56,665 nt of DNA from Amoebidium appalachense (taxonomy: Eukaryota > Protista > Ichthyosporea). The stretch covers positions 26,476-83,140 of the forward strand of contig CAVNZM010000009.1 in assembly GCA_963693365.1 (NCBI GenBank), written 5' to 3'. Made by a program: the position numbers and the translations under genes. The notes under the pieces are model-generated. The model saw only the letters and a program-made list of their open reading frames with translations. It had not been told where the DNA came from and ran no database searches. The number at the start of each line of letters is the position of its first letter. Position 1 is the stretch's first letter. This document shows, piece after piece, positions 1-8,268 of this stretch.

Positions 1-131
1 GTGTGTGTGTGTGTGTGTGTGTGAATGATTTGTCTAAGTAACAAAAAAACTTTAAAAGACTTTTTTCTACGAAAAGAGATGATTGAAAAGGATTTTCAAG
101 TTTTTTCACAAAACTAACGAAAGGAAACGAG

Positions 132-180
<49 letters not shown>

Positions 181-258
181 TTTGTCTACTACGGTAACAA
201 AAACTTTAAAAGACTTTTTTCTACGAAAAGAGATGATTGAAAAGGATTTTCAAGTTTT
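1..258. repeat. Two tandem copies of a (GT)n + ~85-bp unit
   Basis: aaaactttaaaagacttttttctacgaaaagagatgattgaaaaggattttcaagtttttt occurs at ~46-107 and ~200-258, each preceded by a GT microsatellite. Confidence 0.85.
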
Positions 259-573
259 TTTTTGAGAAAGACAGGGAAAGAGAAGAAAAACGACATGCTG
301 GGCATTCCTGGAGATAAATTCGCAAAATTTCATCGGCTCATACTTGCGCAAGTCTTTGACACTCCCTCTCATTGCGCCACAAGTCAAGTCGGTCACGTAG
401 CTCACAGTGTTCGTTTTCCCCCCAAAACACAAGTTTTTTGACCGTTTATTTCGTGGCAATCACCAGTAGACAAATATGTTCTCAATATACAGTCGTGTGT
501 CATTACATTCTGAGCATTTTGGCATCGTCATTACCGGGCATGGGCGTGCCTGCACGCTTAGCCTGCCCCAAGT

Positions 574-1416
574 CTACCTCACCCCCTCCCCCTCGCCCCC
601 CTCACCACCAGCCAGCTCCATCAGGCCATCTAAGTCAAACACCTGAACCTTGCGGGCAACGAGCTTGGTACGCACAGTGTTGTTCTTCTTGTTGTAGATG
701 ACGCTGGTGGCAGCTGCAGACACCCAGGCAGTCACCTCACGGCACTTGGCACGTTGGGAGTTCATAAACTCCACAAACTCGTCGATGGAGGCAGCGTTGT
801 TGCCCAGCTTGAAGAGGCAGGGGTTGCGGCCAAGGGGGTTGGGGAGCTCCAACGTCACGTTGAAGTAGGTGCCGCCCAGTGCCTCCACCATGTCCTCCTT
901 GCCGACGGGGTCGGCACCCAGCACATCGTACAGGCTGGGGGTGTGCCTGGACCACAGGTTGCTGCTGGTCTTGACAGGCACGGTGTCCACGTCCACCCCC
1001 TTGAGCATCTCGTGGTCCTTGTGCATCCACAACACGTCCCTGGCCATGCTGCACACGTAGGGCCACAGGTCAACGGCGTAGGCCACCTCAAAGGGCTCAG
1101 GGCGGTGTTGCGACTTGACCCTAATGGTGGGCTTGGCATCCCAGGCAACCGTGCTGGGGACCAACTCGATGAGCATCTGCCCGTTGATGTTGATGTTGGG
1201 CAGGTTGTACAGCTGCACGGCCAACACGTCGTTCATCACCCAGGGTGCACCCATGGTGGCCTTGCCCACACCGTTGAGGAACACCTCCTTGTACTGCACC
1301 ATCTTGGGCCCCTCACTGTTGTTGGTGTTTTCTTTGCCACTGCTTGCCGCGGCGATGCTGGTCCTTTTGACGGTGGACAGACCAGTCGTTTGACGCAGCA
1401 GGGTTGGCTTGACCAT
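574..1416 (-). CDS. Intronless 280-aa protein; candidate OB-fold ssDNA-binding protein (T7 gp2.5/NCLDV SSB-like)
   Basis: Open frame from ATG 1416 (aaaATGg) to TAG 574, with strong G/C third-position bias. AATAAA on the minus strand at 445-450. C-terminal beta-strand pattern VTAWVSAAATSVIYNKKNNTVRTKLVARKVQVFDL followed by a Gly/Glu tail. The coding call is strong; the function call is tentative. Confidence 0.6.
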   Translation of the reverse strand: MVKPTLLRQTTGLSTVKRTSIAAASSGKENTNNSEGPKMVQYKEVFLNGVGKATMGAPWVMNDVLAVQLYNLPNININGQMLIELVPSTVAWDAKPTIRVKSQHRPEPFEVAYAVDLWPYVCSMARDVLWMHKDHEMLKGVDVDTVPVKTSSNLWSRHTPSLYDVLGADPVGKEDMVEALGGTYFNVTLELPNPLGRNPCLFKLGNNAASIDEFVEFMNSQRAKCREVTAWVSAAATSVIYNKKNNTVRTKLVARKVQVFDLDGLMELAGGEGGEGEGVR

Positions 1417-1595
1417 TTTGCTGTTGTTTGGGGGGTGTGGTGAACGTGACTGTGGTGTGCACCTCAACTGTGTACGTATGGCTCATGTTTGCTTGGTGTG
1501 ATGTTGCCTGTGTGCGGATGCTTATGTACACAGCGGCGACATGCTGGGTGCGCTTGTGGCCAATGAGGACCGAAATCCTTAATCTCTGTGTCCTT

Positions 1596-1763
1596 ATTGG
1601 CCGCCTAAACCAAAATGTGCCAACCTGAACTCCGATTGGCCGCCTTGTGCGGCAACTGGCTTTTTGGAACTGAATTATCATTGGCTGCCTTGTGCATCCG
1701 CATTACTATTGGCCGCCTTGTACAAGGAATTCGGAATTCGAATTCTCATTGGCCGCCTTGTGC
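1596..1763 (-). promoter_or_regulatory. Five copies of ATTGGCCGCCT(TGTGC), i.e. CCAAT-box-containing repeats upstream of the 574-1416 gene
   Basis: Copies begin at 1596, 1635, 1680, 1708 and 1748. They read GCACAAGGCGGCCAAT on the coding strand. Confidence 0.7.
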
Positions 1764-2014
1764 ACACTGTCGCATTCCTTTGATCTCAGAACTGTGTACG
1801 TGTCGCATGTGCGCGTGCGTGCACGCGCACACATGACACGTTTTCCCTTTAATATTTTAATTAAATCCACGTGCTCTGCACGTGTTTATGCACACACACA
1901 CTGTGTGTGCACGTGCTCCTGTACATATCCATACCCATATCCATATCCTAATCACAATATACACCCATATCATACTGCATATCGCCATATCCCATATGCA
2001 TATCTGCCATATCC

Positions 2015-2087
2015 TAAGGGGTGCGCCACCCTGCGTTAGTGACGTCACACTTTGTGACGTCACTAACGTGGGGTGCCGCGCCCCTTA
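2015..2087. repeat. 73-bp near-perfect palindrome (35-bp arms, 3-nt loop) containing two TGACGTCA motifs
   Basis: taaggggtgcgccaccctgcgttagtgacgtcaca-ctt-tgtgacgtcactaacgtggggtgccgcgcccctta. 31 of 35 positions are complementary, and three of the four mismatches are G:T. Confidence 0.9.
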
Positions 2088-2094
2088 ATGTAGT

Positions 2095-2444
2095 TGGGCG
2101 TCGAACACCTACCGCAAGGGGAAGCTGGGCACGGCGATCCTGACAATCGAGAACGACGGTGTCGCCTACGTGCGCAACGCCGACGGAACTGTGCTCTGGC
2201 AGTCGGGCCGGCCGGTGTCCGGACCCAATTAGGTGCAGCGATTGGATGTCGGGCACGCCGGAAGCGATATTCGGTCGATGAAGGGTGGGTGGACGAAGTG
2301 AAGACTGCGTGCATCGCAGAACCGAAATGCAAGTCTTTCTACTACTCGACTATGGATAATGTTGGATGGCTCAAGACGGTCGGCGAAGCCGACTCAAAAT
2401 TAGCTTCGTATCCGGGCAACAGCACATGGTTCCTCACGCGTTAG
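2095..2444 (+). pseudogene. 5'-truncated, intronless bulb-type (B) lectin + PAN/Apple gene remnant
   Basis: The frame from 2095 reads WASNTYRKGKLGTAILTIENDGVAYVRNADGTVLWQSG (B-lectin pattern), then TAG at 2230, then LDVGHAGSDIRSM. After a frameshift near 2285 it reads VDEVKTACIAEPKCKSFYYSTMDNVGWLKTV (PAN pattern). Confidence 0.7.
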
Positions 2445-2676
2445 TTTGGATTGTATTGGACGCTCTGGAGAACGTACGTACGTGCACCGTGCTCTGGAAG
2501 TCCGCACGATCTTCGGGCTCGGGTATGATGACGTAACGACACCTCCCGATTGGGTGGGTGCTCGTGGACGTCCTTGATTGGATGGGCGCTCTTGGGCGGA
2601 AATCGCCATTGGGCGATGACGGCCATTAAAATGGCTCCAAGAATCGCACCGGGCAAACACGGGAACCGACACAAGA

Positions 2677-3627
2677 ATGGCGCTTATCACCGAGGCACCG
2701 TACTTTCTGCTCAAGGAGGAGGTCGACAACCCAGACCTCGAAGCCAACATCAGGGCGCACCTGTTCCACCCCACCGTCAAGATCGACTTCTCGACCAGGA
2801 GCGCCATGGAGGTGATCACCCTGGACATCGTAGCCCTCTTCTCACGCGATCTGAACCAGTCCATCACCGTCAAGCTGCCCCCCGGCCTCCGCCACCTGTG
2901 CATAACGAGCGCATGGGACGACCAGTCGGAGAAGGGCGACCGTCTGATCCAACTCAACAGGTCAGAGCTCTTCGAGGCCGACGCCGCACTGCACCTCATG
3001 GGCTTCGACGCCTGCACGGCGCTCGAGACCGTCGATGTCACCTTCTACGGTGACCTGTTCATCGAGGGCGTCATCGCGAATGCCTCTGCCGTCCAGCTGT
3101 CCGCGTGCTTCGTCCGCGGTCGCATCTCAAACTGCAAGACCGTGCGCATCACACACGTCGACACCGACCTGCCCAGCGACGACGAGGACACCTACACCGA
3201 CCCCGCGCCCCCCGTGCTCTTCATCCGCGCAGTCCAGCGCCTGACCATGACGAACCACTTCACCCCGTGGCGCGCCTACGACATGGAGACCCTGGTCGCT
3301 GTCCGCGCAGTATGGACCGCGTCGTTCATGCGCGCTATCCATACCCTGTGCAGGCTGCGCCACCTGTGCATCGTCTGGATCGTTGCAAGTCCTTACCCCC
3401 CGCGCGTCCGCGGCATGTGCCTTCCCGAGCACCCCTCCTTCCTAGTCATGGAGGGCTTTGCAAGCGTCTCCTTGGACACGGAGGGCGCGCCTCGTCCGCA
3501 CCTCATCACCCCCATCACGTCCAATCCCGTCGTCGTCGAGCTCGCCGGCGAGAAGTGGAGGGTCGGTGAAACGGCCCAGTTCTACGAGGTCGCACACGGC
3601 CTGTTTGCACGCGCGCCGCAGGCTTGA
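2677..3627 (+). CDS. Intronless 316-aa protein with degenerate LRR/FNIP-like motifs
   Basis: Long ORF with very high GC3 and motifs LPPGLRHLCI and LCRLRHLCI. ATTGG at 2549, 2577 and 2608 upstream; AATAAA at 3705-3710. Confidence 0.75.
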   Translation: MALITEAPYFLLKEEVDNPDLEANIRAHLFHPTVKIDFSTRSAMEVITLDIVALFSRDLNQSITVKLPPGLRHLCITSAWDDQSEKGDRLIQLNRSELFEADAALHLMGFDACTALETVDVTFYGDLFIEGVIANASAVQLSACFVRGRISNCKTVRITHVDTDLPSDDEDTYTDPAPPVLFIRAVQRLTMTNHFTPWRAYDMETLVAVRAVWTASFMRAIHTLCRLRHLCIVWIVASPYPPRVRGMCLPEHPSFLVMEGFASVSLDTEGAPRPHLITPITSNPVVVELAGEKWRVGETAQFYEVAHGLFARAPQA

Positions 3628-3742
3628 CCACACACGCACACACACCATGTACATTTAACTACACACACGCGGGGCTGGCCCCCACCTTCACAACACACAA
3701 ACTCAATAAACGTCTGTTTGTATTTTTATTGGTGCCACACGT

Positions 3743-4033
3743 ATGGCGTATCGCTGGGAATACAAGCTCAAGGAGGAGCCAGGCAAGGCCCCCGTCATCC
3801 AGGCCACGGTTGTCCCCACAGAGGAAACGCAACGCCACACCGAGCGCGAGAAGCAGCGCTATGCCAGGGAGCTCGCGGAGTAGGGCTACATCGACCTGCC
3901 CGACGAGCTCGCGCGGAAGTGCGGGTTCAAGCACTGGGTGCCCAAGAACCAGGCCATGACCGCGATTGTCATGCAAAGGATGTTAGAACCCGATGACGAG
4001 CCGGAGCCGCCCATGGAAAATAAAGAGAACTAG
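3743..4033 (+). pseudogene. Small intronless gene (97 codons) with one internal TAG
   Basis: MAYRWEYKLKEEPGKAPVIQATVVPTEETQRHTEREKQRYARELAE*GYIDLPDELARKCGFKHWVPKNQAMTAIVMQRMLEPDDEPEPPMENKEN*. TAG at 3881-3883, with the same codon bias on both sides. Not in the ORF track. Confidence 0.6.
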
Positions 4034-4069
4034 GCAGGGCGACAGATCAGGGGGGATGTTGTGGCTTTG

Positions 4070-4203
4070 ATTGGTGCAAGGTCTTTGGATGTGACTTCTG
4101 ATTTCCGATTGGTGGATCTTGTGTTTGCTCTTTATCTGGTTCTTGATTGGTTGACGGGTGTGATCTGATTGGCTTGATGCTTGCGCGACATCCGGTATAA
4201 AAG
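4070..4203 (+). promoter_or_regulatory. Four ATTGG (reverse CCAAT) boxes followed by a TATA box
   Basis: ATTGG at 4070, 4108, 4146 and 4168; TATAAAAG at 4196-4203; ATG at 4265. Confidence 0.75.
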
Positions 4204-4264
4204 CTTACCACACAAGAACAGGCCACCAGTTCGCATTTCCACTTTCACATGAACATTCTCTGTT

Positions 4265-5011
4265 ATGAAAATGCCGGCGCGCATGGAACTGACCCGCATC
4301 GCCACGGAGGACGAGCTCCCGAGGTACCTAGACCGCAAATTTGAATGCGTTACAGAATCCACGGGCGATGGCCGGGATTGGTCGTGGCTAAGTGAGCCGA
4401 GATGGGACCACGAACACAGGGTGGCTATTCCCATTCTGTCAAACGGACAGATCAGTGTCCAGAGTGTTGGTGTAAATGGCATGACTCGTTATGAGCGCGA
4501 CGAACGTTCCATCCTCAGCTACATCAAACTGTACAAGCCCGGACACCCCGTTACCGACCCGACCCTCAGCGAATACTACTATGAATTCGACACCATGCTC
4601 AGCGACAGCGAGGCCGGCATGGGGTATGGTTACGGATGTGAACGACTGCCCCCCATATACGCCACCAAGCCGACCAGAGACGGATGGGTTTTCTGGAACG
4701 TTTTTGGGGATCCCGACTTGGATGAAGTCGATGGTGTGGCGCCTGCCATCTCCAGGAAACCCTACTGGGTCATGCCCAGCCTCCTGTTTGAGGACGTCAT
4801 ACGCACTACCCCATCCCCTGCCGCGCCTCCGTCCACCCTGCAAGAGGGTGCCTACCGCGTCGGGATCGAGCACGGTGCCCCCGTTTCGATGGCCCCCGGC
4901 GCTGTGGCCGCTCAAGACTTCACCACCGCGCTTGACGACTGGGCCGCGAGTGGCTCGACCCGTTCTTTGATCGGGTCATCGTCCAGGTCGAGAACGCGGG
5001 TCAGCCGCTAA
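4265..5011 (+). CDS. Intronless hypothetical protein, probably frameshifted near 4945
   Basis: 248-aa ORF behind a clear promoter. After DDWA, the shifted frame EWLDPFFDRVIVQVENAGQPLRDAVLDTVHP is more protein-like than the Ser/Arg-rich tail. AATAAA near 5202. Confidence 0.65.
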   Translation: MKMPARMELTRIATEDELPRYLDRKFECVTESTGDGRDWSWLSEPRWDHEHRVAIPILSNGQISVQSVGVNGMTRYERDERSILSYIKLYKPGHPVTDPTLSEYYYEFDTMLSDSEAGMGYGYGCERLPPIYATKPTRDGWVFWNVFGDPDLDEVDGVAPAISRKPYWVMPSLLFEDVIRTTPSPAAPPSTLQEGAYRVGIEHGAPVSMAPGAVAAQDFTTALDDWAASGSTRSLIGSSSRSRTRVSR

Positions 5012-5339
5012 GGGACGCCGTGTTGGACACCGTCCACCCCGCAACCGCACAACCGAGTTCTTCGGCCTGCCTGGCAGACTGCGTAGAAGACCGACACCGT
5101 GGAACAACTCAGGCCATGTAGGACACGCACTTTGAAGACGGCTTGCCGTGGATTTGTCCTCCGCGGCCAGGCCCGCTTGGGGTCTTGTGGGTTTCGTCCT
5201 AATAAATGCAGGTGACTGGTCACTGGTGGCACTGTATCTGCCAGTGCAATATTTGGAGGGATGTCATTTGTATATTGATAAACAATAAAACCCAGTGATC
5301 GTTGGTCTGTCGTGTCAATTTAATCTTTTTCCTTGTGAA

Positions 5340-5982
5340 ATGGACGTGGAAGTGTACAACCCAGGGTGTTATTGGTACGTGGGAGATCGCGGGCGGTTAG
5401 ACAACATGCTGCGCAGCGCGCGTGCTCACCGTGACTCTGGGACTGTGGTTCTTTCCGCGACGAGTGATTTGATTACACAAGTACTGTGGAGTGGATCAAA
5501 AAAGCCGCAAAGTTGTGAACGCGTTGGCGAGCAGCCTGTCGATTCCAGATATATGTTGGAATGTCGGTGAATTCGTCGGTGTTTTGACAAAAACACAATC
5601 TCGTGTACCGGAAGTCGTGGTGATTGCCAAGCGAGAGCCCTGCCAGTGGTGGGATCCACCTTTCAAAGGGGTGGGTCGTTTCAAGTTGATACGGGTGTAG
5701 CACCTGAAAGTATTTTCTGTGTGGTTTCCGTCTCGGTGAATGGTGTGGATGTGGTGTATGTATATGCAAGCATTAGTGGCAACAGTATCCACAGCCAGCA
5801 AATCATGAAGTTGATGCATAATGGGTCCAGTATTGGGTGGGGCCCGGTTTTTTGCTTCAGTGATCTGTTGTAAATTTGGTTGTGTATCATAGCGGCAGCG
5901 CAGATTGCTTTTACAGTATGGGATCTGATCAATCTTGAGATGGGATCTTATCCTCGGCACTCATCGATTCGAGTCCAGGCAT
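5340..5982. pseudogene. Degraded coding remnants, possibly two convergent short genes
   Basis: Plus-strand ATG at 5340 (MDVEVYNPGCYWYVGDRGRLD...) broken by a stop or frameshift. Minus-strand TATA (CTATAAAAG, 6018-6026) with CCAAT (6085) upstream of a minus-strand ATG at 5982. Reading frames not resolvable. Confidence 0.35.
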
Positions 5983-6400
5983 GTTCCCAACTGATTGGAT
6001 CTGGCTGATACTGCCGCCTTTTATAGGGGACAGTTCGCCGTGCGATTGTGGGACAACGCCGCTGCTTCCCGACCAACCATTTTGATTGGTCAGTAAGCAC
6101 GACTAACTACAGGGCGCGACTCCCGTAGTCTGTCCGACAATATACACAACCATGTTTACACTGTTTATTATATGAACGTCACATGATATCAGCGTCAACC
6201 AGAACAGGACGAATGAGATGGCGGACGCGACTACCCAAGGCCACATTGTAATGTTTTCCACTCACCTCGTCGACAAAACCCCACTCACATACTGCTTCAC
6301 TTGAACATCGACGGGTGGGTTTCAAAGTTTATTGTTGTTGTTATTATTACTATTATTATTTTTTTTTTTTTGAGGGGTTGGGGTGGGGGGGAGAAGTTAC

Positions 6401-6523
6401 CCTTCTCTCGACGAGGTCGTTTGAGACGCTCTTTGGAAGCTTCATGTATGCGGCATATCTCAGTGTCTCTCTAACGGTGATGTGGGGGAACATACGGTCG
6501 GTCTGCATGACATAGCCTGATAG
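6401..6523 (-). CDS. Single 123-bp exon of an ABCG/White-family ABC transporter (Q-loop region)
   Basis: LSGYVMQTDRMFPHITVRETLRYAAYMKLPKSVSNDLVERR, bounded by cacag| and |gtaact, phase 0-0, with host-type CA/poly-C intron sequence on both sides. Confidence 0.85.
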
Positions 6524-6671
6524 CTGTGCGTGTGTGTGTGTGTGTGTGTGGGGATGGGGCCGGAGAGGGGGGGGGGGAGGTGGGGGGGGGGGGGGGGGGT
6601 GGAAAGGGTGTGTGTGTGTGGGGGGGGGGGGGAGCATGTGTGTGTGTGTGACTCTTCGCGTCGCAGAAGCC

Positions 6672-6810
6672 TTCTGTTTTCCATCGTGAACGAGCCGTGT
6701 TTTAAGCGTCCTTTTTTAGAAGAGATTTTTTTTTCTGTTTTCCATCGTGAACGAGCCGTGTTTTAAGCGTCCTTTTTTTAGAAGAGATTTTCTTTTCTGT
6801 TTTCCATCGT
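6672..6810. repeat. ~61-bp tandem repeat (2 copies plus a partial third)
   Basis: ttctgttttccatcgtgaacgagccgtgttttaagcgtcctttttt(t)agaagagatttt repeated. Confidence 0.85.
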
Positions 6811-6900
6811 CTACGAACCGTGACATGTAGCGACACAAAATTTCGGTGTTTGATTGTGTTTTTACGCCCGTTTGGAATCGTTCGTGTTAACGGGTTCACA

Positions 6901-7905
6901 ATGGCTTCTATTCGCTATGCTCGTGTCTCCGGGACTTTTCGGGTTATTATTGATTTCTTTGATGCACTGGAAACAAGACCCTCCGACAAGCGTGACCCGA
7001 GCATGCAAAGCAACATGCGGGTTTCCCTGCCTTCCATTGCCAGATTGTGGCGTCACGCACAGGTCTTCGCGGTGACTAGCGAAACTGTCGTCGATTCGAT
7101 TGACGAATACGATTTTTTGTTGGATAAGTTGCTCGACGTTTGTGCACATCTCACCCTCGACACCTCTGGTATAGCAACAATTGGTGTTCGTGACTTCCGG
7201 TTGTGTTTGAAAAAAATCGATGCCGATTCTATTTTTTCGCCCGACGTCGAAGTACATCGCTCCTACAAAGCTGATTGGGATGACGTTGTTGGCAAATGCA
7301 TCGTGTTCATGACATATCGTGACAGTGCTCTATACGACCAAGACCCATGGCCTGTGACCGATGAAGACAAGAAGGTTTTCAGTTGTGTGTTGGCCGAGTA
7401 TTCGTATTTGTATGCCGCTATCTCCGCCGTGAATGCCCAGAAGAAGGACGAGATTGGGGCCCTTTCTCGTCAGATTAAAGTGCTACAGGCACAGAAATCC
7501 AAACTCACAAGCGACGTGTACAACAACGAACAGCGTCTGAAGCGATATCACAACGTCGAGCCGAAAGAGTGTCATTTAGGTTGTGGTCTGCCTCGCCGAC
7601 GCGGTTCTGGCGACTCCGTCAAACGACGTAAGAGTAGTCGTGACGATTTGGGTGGTGGTGGTGGTGATGATGCGCTTGCTTTGTATGTAGAGATGGAGTC
7701 TTTGGAGGAACATGTGCGTTTGGAACGTGTGCGTACGTTGGCCTATTGCGAGTCAGACGACGAGAGTGAAAGTGAAAGTGAAAGTGAAAATAGTGGTGAT
7801 GACGACAATGGTGTATCTCTGGTTGTGTACCATAACACATCTCGTCCCTCTCTCCTTTTCCGTCCAAATATGAATGTACAATCCGATCATGCCGAGGATG
7901 AATGA
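6901..7905 (+). CDS. Intronless 334-aa hypothetical protein with coiled coil, basic NLS-like patch and acidic tail
   Basis: ORF from acaATGg. Heptad region AISAVNAQKKDEIGALSRQIKVLQAQKSKLTSDVYNNEQRLK, then RRRGSGDSVKRRK, then (ES)n/D-rich C-terminus. Confidence 0.7.
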   Translation: MASIRYARVSGTFRVIIDFFDALETRPSDKRDPSMQSNMRVSLPSIARLWRHAQVFAVTSETVVDSIDEYDFLLDKLLDVCAHLTLDTSGIATIGVRDFRLCLKKIDADSIFSPDVEVHRSYKADWDDVVGKCIVFMTYRDSALYDQDPWPVTDEDKKVFSCVLAEYSYLYAAISAVNAQKKDEIGALSRQIKVLQAQKSKLTSDVYNNEQRLKRYHNVEPKECHLGCGLPRRRGSGDSVKRRKSSRDDLGGGGGDDALALYVEMESLEEHVRLERVRTLAYCESDDESESESESENSGDDDNGVSLVVYHNTSRPSLLFRPNMNVQSDHAEDE

Positions 7906-8063
7906 CCTGTATATAGAAAAAATCGACACTCACCTTTTGGAATTTATATGCTCGAATTTAGATTATTGATGCTGATCAGAATATGTGGGTTGGGAATTGT
8001 TATACCCGTATTGTATGCTAAAATAATCCCCCGTGAAGTATATACAGATCCCTGTTTTTGGAA

Positions 8064-8268
8064 CCCCCCCCCCCCCCCTGCCCCCCTGCCCCCCCTGCCT
8101 CGCGTGCCCCCCCCTGTCCCCCCCTGCCCCCCCCCTGCCTCACGTGCCCCCCCCCTGCCTCACGTGCCTCACGTGCCTCATGTGCCTCACCTGCCTCACG
8201 TGCCTCACCTGCCTCACGTGCCCCCTCCTGCCTCACGTGCCTCACCTGCCCCCCCTGCCCCCCTGCCT
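8064..8268. repeat. C-rich 9-mer-based repeat (cctcacgtg/cctgccccc variants)
   Basis: Direct inspection. Confidence 0.8.

Noticed and set aside
754-1443. 229-aa plus-strand ORF and other ORFs overlapping the island genes (e.g. 2400-3041, 3659-3976, 4439-4915)
   Set aside because: Antisense or shifted-frame shadows of GC3-rich genes; codon bias and promoter signals favour the other frame.
6901-6933. MASIRYARVS resembles the serine-recombinase catalytic motif (YARVS)
   Set aside because: The downstream resolvase motifs (Q, SG...RP, LDRLxR) are absent; probably coincidental.
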